A stretch of 64,000 nucleotides of DNA from a virus, in the IMG/VR virus record IMGVR_UViG_3300044811_000050; one strand, given 5' to 3'. Both the position numbers and the translations under genes were made by a program. Each line of letters begins with the position of its first letter. Within the stretch, counting starts at the first letter, position 1. Below, piece by piece: positions 39,998 through 49,994 of this stretch. The notes beneath the pieces were generated by a model. That model ran no database searches and was not told the DNA's origin. It worked only from the letters and a program-made list of their open reading frames with translations.

Positions 39998-41056
39998 ATG
40001 GGATTGGGTAACAGGAATGCTCGGCACCACGACACCGAGGCCGTGCGTCGGCACGCCGTGAATAGCGAGGATTACGCCGATTTCCGGGCCGATCAGCGGG
40101 TCATGACGGCGGACGGCATCCTCGGCACGGTGACCGCCGTGGAGGACGGCCCCTACCCCGGCACCGAGGGGTATCTGGTCACCCTGGACCACGGCTTGGG
40201 TGGCGGGCTGTACCGCACTTCCGACCTGCGTGACGCCAGCACCACCACGGCCAGCACCGAGCACCAGGCTTCGGAGGATTACCCCGAACTCGGCGACATC
40301 CTGACCCGTCGGCCCGACATCGCTCAGGGGTAGGCGCCATGCACACCACCTGGAAAGACGGCGTCTGGGTCGACATCGGGTGCGGCGTGGGGATCACCGA
40401 GTACTTCGAGGACGGTTCCGATCACGCCGCCGGCCTACTGGAGCGCCATGAGTGTGTCGATGGGACCTACATCAGCTCGATCCCCTTCCGGCGGAAGGGT
40501 CAGGCCGCGCACGGCCCGCGCTGGCTGGTCAAGCAGCGGGACCCGTGGACGCTGTACCCCTCGATCCTGTGCCCGCGCTGCGGGCTGATCGGCTACATCC
40601 AAGAGGGCAAATGGATGTCTGCCGATGGCTCTGATGTCTGATCAGCTGAACACGAACCAGGCGCCATTCCCCGAGGAGCTGGCCAGCCTGGTCGACAGGT
40701 GTGCCTACCGGCCTGGCTGGACGGTCGTGTTGAGCGACTTCGACCGAGGCCAGGGCAGCTCCGGGCTCACCCTGGTGATCACCACGAGCACGGTTAACAC
40801 CTACCGCCCGGACGAGCCGATCAGGGTCAACCACCTGTTCCCGGTCCCACCGGCCGCCTACGACGAGCGCTCCTGGCGGCGGTGGCTGTTCGAGCAGTTC
40901 CGCCTGGTCGAGTCGCACGAGTGCGCGGAGTTCTTCCAGATCGACGGCGAGCGTCCTTTCGCTCCGAGCCACGGGCCGGGGAATGATCCCTATCTGATCC
41001 GTGAGCTGGGGACCGATCTCGATCGCAGGACCACTTTCCGGGGCGAGGTGCGATGA
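39998..41056 (+). CDS. three small genes (39998-40333; 40339-40641 DUF6527-like; 40625-41056)
   Basis: SD-led; second has W..TLYPSILC..CG..GYI..GKW. Confidence 0.6.
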
Positions 41057-44000
41057 CCTTCGATGCCTGGGCCGCGCTGGACGACGAGGCCCCCGAGCAG
41101 GGATCCACGTCACCCACGGCCCCCTCCGCGTGCTCGTACTGCGGCGGGGCCGAGTTCGACGCGCCCACCGACAACGGCAAGGTGTCCCGGGCCACCTGCA
41201 CGGCGTGCCAGGGCACCATGGTCAGCCACGACGGGGTCTACTGGCAGCCGGACCTGATCGGCCAGCCGGACAACCACCCGAGCACCCAGGCCGACCCGCG
41301 CTCCGGCGGGGTGGGCGGCATCGGGGACGTCCCGGTGGTGCGCCGCGAGGAGGACCTCAACAGCCGCACCGCCGGCTTCGAGAACCGCATCACCTTCCGC
41401 CAGTACCTGCCCGGGGAAGACGAGCACGCCGACCTGGACAGCCACGACCCCGGCTGGGCGCATGGCCTGCTGGAGGCCCACGGCAACGCGGCCGAGCCGA
41501 TCGGGCGGATGGAGTTCTCCGCCGGCCCGGACACCGTCAAGATCCACGAGACCCGGGTGCACCAGGACCACCGCCGCCAAGGCGTCGCCACCGCGTTGAA
41601 TGACCGGCTGACCCAGCTGTTCCCGCACCACGAGATCGACCGGGGCGCCGCCACCGAGGACGGCGAGAAGTTCCGTCAGAGCCTGGCCGGGGTGGACTGG
41701 TGCCGGCACCGACGCGGCGAGCATTGCTGGCTGCCCCGCAACGACTCGCAGAGCGGCGGCTTCGCGCTCTACACCCCGCAGGACCGAGGAGTCTGCCCAT
41801 GGACCACGGCCAGCATGCAGCAGATCAACTGCCCGATGTCTGAGCCCGGACCGATGGCCGGCATGGAGCGCGCGGGCGTCCTGACCGACCCGGAGATGCG
41901 TTTCCACGTGCTCGCGGCGTGGCGCGACGTGCGGGCCAAGGCCAAGCGGATCCGCGCCGAGGGCGGCGTGTCCATCGTCTCGGTGCTCGCCGACGGGATC
42001 ACCGGGCACGTCAACGGGGACACCGGCGTCTACGAGAGCCAGATCAACTACGTGCCCGGCTCGTTCAAGATCGGGCATTGGCAATGCGGCTGCGCCTGGG
42101 CCAGCTACGCCTGGGGCCGCAGCCCCGCCTTCAAGAGGTTCGAGGGCCGGATGTGCTCGCACGCGCTGGCACTCCAGTACGAGGCGCAGAGCCGGGGCAT
42201 GTTCGGCAAGGAGGTCGCCGAGGACACCACCCGGCCCGGCTGGATGCGGGACAAGGTCCGGGTCCGCCACGACCGGGTGACCCGTGATCACGACGTGCGC
42301 GCGGCCAGCCTCCAATCCGGGTTGGACCCGGACGGGGTGTATCCAACGGGCCACGGCCTGGACTTGGAGGGTGCGCCGATCCACGCGTTCGCCAGCGAGG
42401 CCTTCGCCGCGCGCCGCGACCCGGCCGACGCCATGCGGGTGTTCCTGGCCGCCGGCATCGAACACACCGACGCGCGCCGCATGCTGGACGCCATCGCGGT
42501 CGGCGATCAGAGCCTCCACATGGAGGTTCAGCGCACCTTCGACAAGGTGCACGACGACTACCGGGAGCGGCACCAGGACGACCACGAGCTGGCCGAGACC
42601 TACGAGCCGCTGAAGAAGTCGGACCTGCCCGAGGAGCACCACGCCGGCTGGCGGTTCAACTCCAACGCCGACGCGGCGCCGAAGAATCAGTTCCACGAGC
42701 TGTTCTCCACCATGCCGGGCGGCTGGGACGGGCCGACCCACGACACCGACGCCCACCACGCGCCGGTCGCGCTGACCAAGTACCGGCACCCGTCCGGCAT
42801 CGAGCCGCTGCACCTGGACGAGCACGGCCAGGCCTGGGCCCGGCACTTCACCTCCCGGCCGCGCCAGGACGGCGCGCACAGCCCGGTCTTCGATCATTGG
42901 TCCGGGCCACACTCGGCGATGGATGTGATCCACAGCCACCCGACGTTCAGCCAGCGCGACGGGAAGGTCAACTGGCGTTCCCACGCCGAGCGGATGCAGC
43001 TGTCCAGCACGCTGCCCGAGGAGTCCTACCAGGACGTCCACCAGCGGAAGATGCGCAAGCTGCGCGACGCCGGCTGGGGTGTGGTCGGAGCCAAGGGGGA
43101 CGACGAGGCACCCAGCGAGCCGACCCACGCGGGCGTGGTGCTCAAGGCCGCCGACACCGGCCGGATCCTGATGATCCAACGCAGCCATCAGGACGAGACC
43201 GACCCGGCCGCCGGCACCTGGGAGTTCCCGGGAGGCGGGCGGGAGGACGGTGACCATACCTCGCTGCACTCCGGGATCCGGGAATTTGAGGAGGAAGTCG
43301 GCCAGGAATTCCCGACCGGCGGGCACGTCAGCCACGTCTGGCAGTCCCCGAACGGGGTGTACCAAGGCCACGTGGTGGTGGTGCCCAGCGAGAGCGCGAT
43401 CGACTTCAGCAACGGCCGCCGCACCACCAACCCGGACGACCCGGACGGCGACGACCACGAGCAGTCCGCCTGGTGGGATCCCGACCACGCCCGGAAGAAC
43501 CCGGCCTTGCGCCCGGAGTGCAAGGCGAGCCCCTGGGACAAGATCAAGACAGCCAGCCTGGGTACCGAGGCGGGCATCTTCACCCGCAAGCCGGTCGGGC
43601 CGGACACCCGGCCGCCGGTGGACCCCGCCGACGAGAAGCCGATGCGGGCCTGCGACGGGTGCAAGGGCTGCGCGGTATGTGGCGACAAGTCGGTGGCTGT
43701 GGACACCCTGTGGGACCACGGGTTCTGCCCCCAGCACCTGCACGAGCGCCAGAGCGGGCAGGACCCGATCCGTGACGGCGGTCGGCTGAAGCCCGTATTG
43801 GCCGGCGCCCACCACGTCGGGCGGAGGCACGTCACCGGCGAGTATGCCTCCGGTGACTACCTGGAAGACATCGGGGTGGACCCGCGCCCGAATCCCCCGC
43901 CGAAGCGCCCTGAGCCCGACCAGGCCGCCAATCCCGGCTCCACGGGCTGGGCGAGCGGCCAGGACCCGCCGGAGTGGGACGGGGCCGCTCAGAACCCCGG

Positions 44001-44475
44001 AACCATGTCCCTGACGTCCTGGTCGACCCTCCATGACGAGCCAGAGCCCGCGCTGCCGTCCACCGACGGGGCGGAGGAGACCGAGGGTGAGCGCTACCGG
44101 GCCCAGATGCGCCCGGAGATCGACCCCACCGAAGACTCAGCGCCCAGCGACGGGCGGACCGCCAGCGTCACCGACATCGTCGAACGCTTCCAGGCCACCG
44201 CCGGAGCGCGAGCACTCCAGCAGCAGAGAGGATCAGAGGCCATGGACATCGCCAGCGCCGCGCGAGCGCACCTGGAGGACGGCGGCATCCGCCGGACCGC
44301 GCTGAAGGAGTTCAGCTCGGCCGAGCAGGCCGCGCTCATCACCGAGGGTGCCGGGGGCACGCCCGCCCGCAACTTCGACGATCTTAAGATCGAGGGCACC
44401 CACTACGCCGACCTGGCGGCGGCTCTGGCCAGCGAGCAGAGCCTGACCGAGGCCGCCGACGAGCTGTTCAGCTAA
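41053..44475 (+). CDS. 1140-aa polyprotein: Zn ribbon, GNAT, SWIM finger, NUDIX hydrolase
   Basis: VHQDHRRQGVATAL (GNAT motif A); CGC..x..CSH (SWIM); WEFPGGGREDGD......IREFEEEVG (Nudix box). Confidence 0.8.
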   Translation: MTFDAWAALDDEAPEQGSTSPTAPSACSYCGGAEFDAPTDNGKVSRATCTACQGTMVSHDGVYWQPDLIGQPDNHPSTQADPRSGGVGGIGDVPVVRREEDLNSRTAGFENRITFRQYLPGEDEHADLDSHDPGWAHGLLEAHGNAAEPIGRMEFSAGPDTVKIHETRVHQDHRRQGVATALNDRLTQLFPHHEIDRGAATEDGEKFRQSLAGVDWCRHRRGEHCWLPRNDSQSGGFALYTPQDRGVCPWTTASMQQINCPMSEPGPMAGMERAGVLTDPEMRFHVLAAWRDVRAKAKRIRAEGGVSIVSVLADGITGHVNGDTGVYESQINYVPGSFKIGHWQCGCAWASYAWGRSPAFKRFEGRMCSHALALQYEAQSRGMFGKEVAEDTTRPGWMRDKVRVRHDRVTRDHDVRAASLQSGLDPDGVYPTGHGLDLEGAPIHAFASEAFAARRDPADAMRVFLAAGIEHTDARRMLDAIAVGDQSLHMEVQRTFDKVHDDYRERHQDDHELAETYEPLKKSDLPEEHHAGWRFNSNADAAPKNQFHELFSTMPGGWDGPTHDTDAHHAPVALTKYRHPSGIEPLHLDEHGQAWARHFTSRPRQDGAHSPVFDHWSGPHSAMDVIHSHPTFSQRDGKVNWRSHAERMQLSSTLPEESYQDVHQRKMRKLRDAGWGVVGAKGDDEAPSEPTHAGVVLKAADTGRILMIQRSHQDETDPAAGTWEFPGGGREDGDHTSLHSGIREFEEEVGQEFPTGGHVSHVWQSPNGVYQGHVVVVPSESAIDFSNGRRTTNPDDPDGDDHEQSAWWDPDHARKNPALRPECKASPWDKIKTASLGTEAGIFTRKPVGPDTRPPVDPADEKPMRACDGCKGCAVCGDKSVAVDTLWDHGFCPQHLHERQSGQDPIRDGGRLKPVLAGAHHVGRRHVTGEYASGDYLEDIGVDPRPNPPPKRPEPDQAANPGSTGWASGQDPPEWDGAAQNPGTMSLTSWSTLHDEPEPALPSTDGAEETEGERYRAQMRPEIDPTEDSAPSDGRTASVTDIVERFQATAGARALQQQRGSEAMDIASAARAHLEDGGIRRTALKEFSSAEQAALITEGAGGTPARNFDDLKIEGTHYADLAAALASEQSLTEAADELFS

Positions 44476-44484
44476 AGGAGCGCG

Positions 44485-44961
44485 ATGACCACCCCGACCT
44501 CCGACGAGCCGTTCCCGCCGCAGGCTCCCTTCATCCAGGACGCGCCGCCACCGTTCGAGGACCAGGCCAGCTTCTCGCTGACCAAGGTGGTCAACCTCGG
44601 CCAGCTCGGCGACGAGATCAGCGCGGCGTTGCACCGGCAGGTCAGCTTCGCCCAGCTCGGTCCCGAGGACCCGGCCGCGCCGATCTCGGAGACCAATCAG
44701 GCGACCCTGGCGATCAGCCCCGGTTCGGTGGATCAGGCCGCCGTGCAGGAGGTCATCGACGCGCACGTCCCCGAGGCCGGCTACGGCGTGCCGACCTACA
44801 TCAAGGAGTTCGACGACCTGATCTACCAGGTGTCCAACAACCCGGACGCGGCGTTGAGCGCGGACGACGTGGAGATCGGGGTACGGGGTCTATTGCTGCG
44901 GGAATCCGGCCGGCGTTCCACCGAACAGCCGACTGGCCCGCCGGTGATTGGTCCTGTGTAG
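44485..44961 (+). CDS. hypothetical virion-region protein
   Basis: AAGGAG SD, codon bias. Confidence 0.7.
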   Translation: MTTPTSDEPFPPQAPFIQDAPPPFEDQASFSLTKVVNLGQLGDEISAALHRQVSFAQLGPEDPAAPISETNQATLAISPGSVDQAAVQEVIDAHVPEAGYGVPTYIKEFDDLIYQVSNNPDAALSADDVEIGVRGLLLRESGRRSTEQPTGPPVIGPV

Positions 44962-44995
44962 ACCCTCAGTTCCACTCATTCAAGAGATGAAGAGG
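44952..44995 (+). promoter_or_regulatory. late promoter motif (variant)
   Basis: TCCTGTG-N23-AAGAGATGAAGAGG. Confidence 0.5.
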
Positions 44996-45026
44996 CTGTT
45001 CCGTCTCTCTTGAAGGAGTGGGTTCT

Positions 45027-47139
45027 ATGATCGCCGGCTCGGGTCTCTTGATCATCATCATGCTCATCCTCGCGCTGCTGCTGGCGGTGCTGGATGTCGC
45101 GCTGGGCTTTGGCACCCGCCGGGTGGCGTTCCTGCTGCCCGCCGCCGTGATCCTGACGATCATCGCGGTGTTGCTGGTCGTGATCGGGCACTAGTCCCTG
45201 GGGACCGCAACCTGATCTTTCTCCTGTCGTTGGTCTGAATGCCGGGAGGGGGTGGGCGATGCCTTCACAGGCCGCGACGCGGGACGCGCCGCCCTTTATT
45301 AGGTGGACGCTGATCACATTCGCCATCGCCTTGGGGTGCGTGTACGCCTTCGGGCCGGACGTCTGGTCCAGCTCTCGCTCGCTCACGGTGCTGAAGAGCA
45401 TCTCCTGGTTCCCCATCCGGGCCTGGGGATTCGTGTTCATCTTCATCGGCATGCTGATGATGGTCACCAAGTTGTGGGGCCACGCCCTGGCGATGATCGC
45501 CTGGGGTACCTGGTGGATGGGCCTGGTGGCCACCGCGTTCACCGGCGACCTGACCGGCGGGGGCGGTCTGGTCTGGCCGTTGCTCTTCCTGGCGATCAAC
45601 GGCTACGAGGTCTACCGCTGGGGGCAGAAACGGATGCTCAAGGTTCGCAAGAACCACACGACCAGCTTCCGCTGGCATCAGCGTGGACGAGTCGGTGGAT
45701 AACCGTCTGGTCGACGCGTACTTCCTGGCGACCGCGCTGACGGCGGATGACACCGCACCCGCCGCTTCGTCTTCGCAGGGCCCGATCATTGTTGTCATCC
45801 TGGCGGTGATCGCGTTGGTGGGTACCGGGCTGACCGCGATCGGTCCCTCCTTGGTGGAGATAGCCAAGAACCGGGGCTCCCGGCAGAAGGTGATCCCCGT
45901 CAACGGGGCTCCGGAGCCCCCGCCCGCCGCGCCGGAACCCACTCCGGCGTCCACCCAGATGGTCCAGTCCGCGCAGAGCGGTTTGGCGATGATCGAATCA
46001 GCCGTGATGGACGCCCGCACTCAACGCGACGCCGTCATGCGCCACGCTGGGCAACTCCGCCGCGAGCTGGAGGAGGAGCGCGACGTCATCCGCCGGCAGG
46101 CCGTCTACATTGCCCAGCTCGAAGGCCGCTTCAATAACCAGGGCTACGGGGCGCACACCGCGCCGCAGGCTCCTCATCCGCCTCAAGGCTGGGAACGCCG
46201 ATGACCGCACCCACGCACGATCGTCTCGAAGACGGGATGGGTCAGCTCCGCGACGCGCTGGACCAGGCTCCGCAGGCGGCCCGCGAGGAGGTCAAGCAGA
46301 GTCTCGCGGATACCGTGACGGCCCTCGGGCGGCAGCAGAAGATCTACATGCGGGTCACCCTGGCCCTGGTCACCGTGTTGCTGCTGATCTTCGCCGGGGG
46401 CATGATCATCGTGTTCAACCGGATCAACACCCAGGACCGGGCGCTGACCCGGACCGAGGGCACTATCCAGGCCTTCCAGGCCCAGCTGGACGCGGCTAAC
46501 AAGAAGCTGATCGCCTCGGGCCTACCGCCGGTACAGGCCGCTCGGGATCCCGTCCCGGGCAGCGTTGATGACGCCAGGCTGAGCACGGCCGCCGCGACCG
46601 CCACCACCCTGGCCGCGCTGCCCAAAGAGGTGCTGATCAAACCCACCGCCACCGAGCTGGCCCAGGCGGTGGCCAGCTACATGCTGGCCAACCCGGTCAC
46701 CGTGTCCTCAGATCAGATCATCTCCTCGTTGGCCACTTACCTGGCGGCCCATCCGATTCCGCCGGGGCTGGCCGGCCCCATGGGTCCACCGGGGCGCACC
46801 CCGACCGCCGAGGAGATCAGCGCGGCGTTCCGCCAGGAGGTCGCCGCCAACCCGCAGATCCTCTGCCCGCTCGGTGGCACCTACGGCAACCGGGACGTGC
46901 TGCTGGTCGGCGGCGGTAGCACCCAGCAGTTTGGCTGCTTCGGCACCGACCAGCCCGCTCCCCCGCCGGACACCGGCGGGACGACGACCACCCCGCCGGA
47001 CACCTCCGTGACCCCGACCCCCACGCCGAGCCCCCAGGCGCCACCGAGCGGCTCCGGGGGCACCACCCCCTCGCCCAGCTCGACCGGCTCCCCGTCGTCC
47101 ACCAGCGGCCCGCTGGGCGGCCTTCTCGGGGGCCCGTGA
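45027..47139 (+). CDS. membrane protein cluster, holin-like (45027-45194 two-TM 55 aa; 45259-45702 four-TM; 45683-46204 TM+coiled coil; 46201-47139 TM+coiled coil+Pro/Thr tail)
   Basis: TM helices in all four; behind a late promoter motif. Confidence 0.55.
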
Positions 47140-47363
47140 TGGGCTGGCGGGGACGCGGCGGACGCACCGTCTGGACGATCCAGGTCAACCAGGACGGCAC
47201 CGCCGAGGTACTGCGCAACGGGCGGCGGGTCCAGGGCGACCGGTCGCGGGAGGAGGCGCTGCGCTACATCCGGCGCCGCTGGAGCGCTGAGCACCAGGTA
47301 ATCCAAGAAGATCCCGACGGCGCCCGCCGCGACATCACACGGCGGGTACGCGCGACTGTCTAA
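47136..47363 (+). CDS. small basic hypothetical protein
   Basis: coupled to upstream gene. Confidence 0.55.
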   Translation: MMGWRGRGGRTVWTIQVNQDGTAEVLRNGRRVQGDRSREEALRYIRRRWSAEHQVIQEDPDGARRDITRRVRATV

Positions 47364-47395
47364 CCCCCGGTGACCCCTTCCCAAGAAGTGAAGGG
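47355..47395 (+). promoter_or_regulatory. late promoter motif
   Basis: ACTGTC-N22-AAGAAGTGAAGGG. Confidence 0.65.
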
Positions 47396-47409
47396 TAGGA
47401 GGTCACACG

Positions 47410-49224
47410 GTGCTTCAGAAGTTCGCTGTCACGCAGATTCTCGGGGCGCGGCTCGCTGACGGCCATTCCCCGGCCCTAATGCGGACCGCTCATCGCGCTC
47501 AGTTCAACTACACGCCCCGCCCGGGGTATCTCTATGTGCGTTCCCGAATGATTTCGTCGCGGTGCAACGACAACTACGACGAATTCCCGGCCGAGGAAAT
47601 CGAGCGAGGTTACCGCTCTTTCATCGGCAAGCCGGTATTCGTCAACCACCACAATGAAGATCACCGGCGGGCGCGCGGGGTGATCATCGACGCGGTGTTG
47701 CACAAGGACGCCAACCCGGACGGCTCCCCGGACAGCTGGGTCGAAGGCTTGCAGGAGATCGACGCGCTGACCTACCCACGGTTGGCCAAGGCGATCATCG
47801 CCGGGGACATCGACCGGACCTCGATGGGCGTGGACGTGGCCTACTCGATCTGCTCGGTGTGCGCCAACAAGGCCACCACCCCGCTGGAGTACTGCCGACA
47901 CATCCCGGCCATGAAGGGGATGAAGGTGCTGCGCCGGACCGCCGACGGGAGCAGCCGCTCCGAGCTGGTCCGGGAGCGCTGTCACGGGCTGAGCTTCTTC
48001 GAGAACTCCCTATTGGTAGAGGAGCCGGCCGATCCGACGGCGTACTTCCTCGGCCAGGTGGAACGCGGCCCCGGGCTGGAGCACCTGGGCCAGCGCAGCG
48101 CCACCCACACCACCGCCGCGCCTGCGCGGGTGTACATGCACCGGGGCGGGCCGGCGTACACCCAGAACACCACCGCCGCCGGTGTCCAGCGGCTTTCCGT
48201 GACCCACGGCGGCATCTGCCGGTCCTGCCATGGTGAGGACACGCTGCGGTTCCAGGGCTCCACCGAGTGCCTGGACTGCGGTGTGGTCACCGGGCCGATC
48301 ACCCACGACGCCTCGCTGACCGCGCCGTCCATGGCGCGCGAAGGCAAGTATTCCTTCGACATGCGCAAGAACCCGGAATGGAAATCCGACCCGGGCAGCC
48401 ATCCGATCTGGCACGACCTCGGGGCCAGCGTCAATCACATCGTTCACCATTGGGACCAGGCCAGACCGCCGGAAAAGGCCGACGGCAAACGCTGGTACCC
48501 CGACGCGCACCTGGTCGCCCATCACTTCGCCCAGTCCACCGGGCATTCCACCCATCAGGCCGCTGGGGTGCTCTCCGCTTATTCGCCGAAGATGGAGTGG
48601 GGACAGAACCTTCACCACGCCATCCGCTCTCTGCACGAGGGCCGCGCGATCACCTCGGCCGAGGGCGCCAACGTCATGGCGCTGCACACCAACGCCGCCC
48701 AGCGGATCATGGATGGTGAAGACCACCAGCAGGTGTTGAAGGGGCCGAAGACCAACGCCTTCGCCCACACCATCGAGCACGGGGGCCGGGATCCCCAGAC
48801 CGGCGGGCCCTCCCATCGGGTGGTGGTGGACACTCACGCCGTCTCGGTCATGTGTGGTCGCCGGTTGAGCAAGGAAGAGAAAGCGGACGCCGCCAGCGCC
48901 ATTGGCCATCCGCATTTCTATCAGCACGCGCAATCTCTCTACCAGCAGGCCGCCGCGCACCTTTCCGCGAGGGAAGGTCGAGAAATCGCCCCGCACGAAG
49001 TGCAGGCCACCACTTGGGGTGTGCGCAAGCGGATCAACGACGAGGACGAAGACTTCAAGAACAAGGGCAATCAGACCCTTGAACGCAAGAACCGCGAGAA
49101 GTGGCAGGACTACCACAAAGAGCACACGGACAGCGGATTCGCCAGCGAATCCGCCGAGCCGGGCATGCGGAATATGCACGCCCGGCGGAACGCGTCCTCC
49201 CGGGGCCGCCGGGGGCGACGCTGA
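47410..49224 (+). CDS. capsid maturation protease fused to a DUF7178/HhH-glycosylase-like domain
   Basis: FIGKPVFVNH, TSMGVDVAYSICSVC, FFENSLLVEEPADPTA; C-terminal WY..A..AAGVLSAYSP..W..N..GPKT.AF..VVVDTHA..VQATTW. Confidence 0.75.
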   Translation: MLQKFAVTQILGARLADGHSPALMRTAHRAQFNYTPRPGYLYVRSRMISSRCNDNYDEFPAEEIERGYRSFIGKPVFVNHHNEDHRRARGVIIDAVLHKDANPDGSPDSWVEGLQEIDALTYPRLAKAIIAGDIDRTSMGVDVAYSICSVCANKATTPLEYCRHIPAMKGMKVLRRTADGSSRSELVRERCHGLSFFENSLLVEEPADPTAYFLGQVERGPGLEHLGQRSATHTTAAPARVYMHRGGPAYTQNTTAAGVQRLSVTHGGICRSCHGEDTLRFQGSTECLDCGVVTGPITHDASLTAPSMAREGKYSFDMRKNPEWKSDPGSHPIWHDLGASVNHIVHHWDQARPPEKADGKRWYPDAHLVAHHFAQSTGHSTHQAAGVLSAYSPKMEWGQNLHHAIRSLHEGRAITSAEGANVMALHTNAAQRIMDGEDHQQVLKGPKTNAFAHTIEHGGRDPQTGGPSHRVVVDTHAVSVMCGRRLSKEEKADAASAIGHPHFYQHAQSLYQQAAAHLSAREGREIAPHEVQATTWGVRKRINDEDEDFKNKGNQTLERKNREKWQDYHKEHTDSGFASESAEPGMRNMHARRNASSRGRRGRR

Positions 49225-49957
49225 CGCCGTAGGCCCCCGGCTGGCTTACGGCGAGACCAAGGCGCCCGCCGAGGTGGACACTTTGCGGGACGAGAGCTGC
49301 CCGGTGTGCGGGGAGGACTCCGCCTGGGACGGCGATGAGTGCAAGGTCTGTGGCTTCGTCGCGCCGCCGGACAAGTTCGGTGACCCCGACGTCGACATGC
49401 ACAAGAAGCTCGACCTGCGCAACAACGACGACCTGGACGGTGGCGACGTCGCCGACCTCAACGCCGATACCAACGACCGGGACGGCGACGGGTTCGACGA
49501 CAACACCGGCGAGCCGATCACCGACGAGGACCAGGCCGGCGCCGACGACGTACAGCCGATGCTGTCCTGCCCGAGCTGCGGCTACGAGGTGGAGGCCGGC
49601 GAGCCGGTCAGCACCAACACCGCCGACCCGACGATGGGCGACGCCGGAGCCGGCCCGGCCGCCGGGGACCTGTGCCCGAACTGCGGCAAGGCCCCGCTGG
49701 AATCCCCCGGCGAGCTGACCGAGGAGGGCATGCCGGCACCGGAGGACGCCGAGCAAGACCCGGCTGAGCTGGATGCCGAGTTGGATGCCGAGGAAAACCC
49801 GGAGCAAGACCCGAACGCCATTCCCGACAATGACGACGAAGCGCCGGGAGAAAAGCCCTTCGCCGACGATGGGGATGAAGAAGAGGACGACGAGGAAGAC
49901 GGCCAGGACGACGAAGAGCCGCCTGCCAAGAAGCCCTTCCCACCACGGAAGAAATGA
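49225..49957 (+). CDS. acidic Zn-ribbon protein without a clear start; probable frameshifted C-terminus of the protease
   Basis: strong coding bias from ~49240 (AYGETKAP..CPVCG..CKVCG); no SD-led start. Confidence 0.55.
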
Positions 49958-49994
49958 AACACCCCGTCCCGCATGACGAAGGAGCAGATTAGTC

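Noticed and set aside
37648-44034. Very long minus-strand ORFs (37648-39900, 41110-44034; likewise 34722-36512 and 54136-56307, and + strand 21305-23155)
   Set aside because: Antisense shadows of genuine high-GC genes; no motifs, and stop-poor reverse frames are expected at this GC3.
48902-49224. Annotated start of the 48902-49957 ORF
   Set aside because: Overlaps 320 nt of the protease gene and looks non-coding until ~49230.
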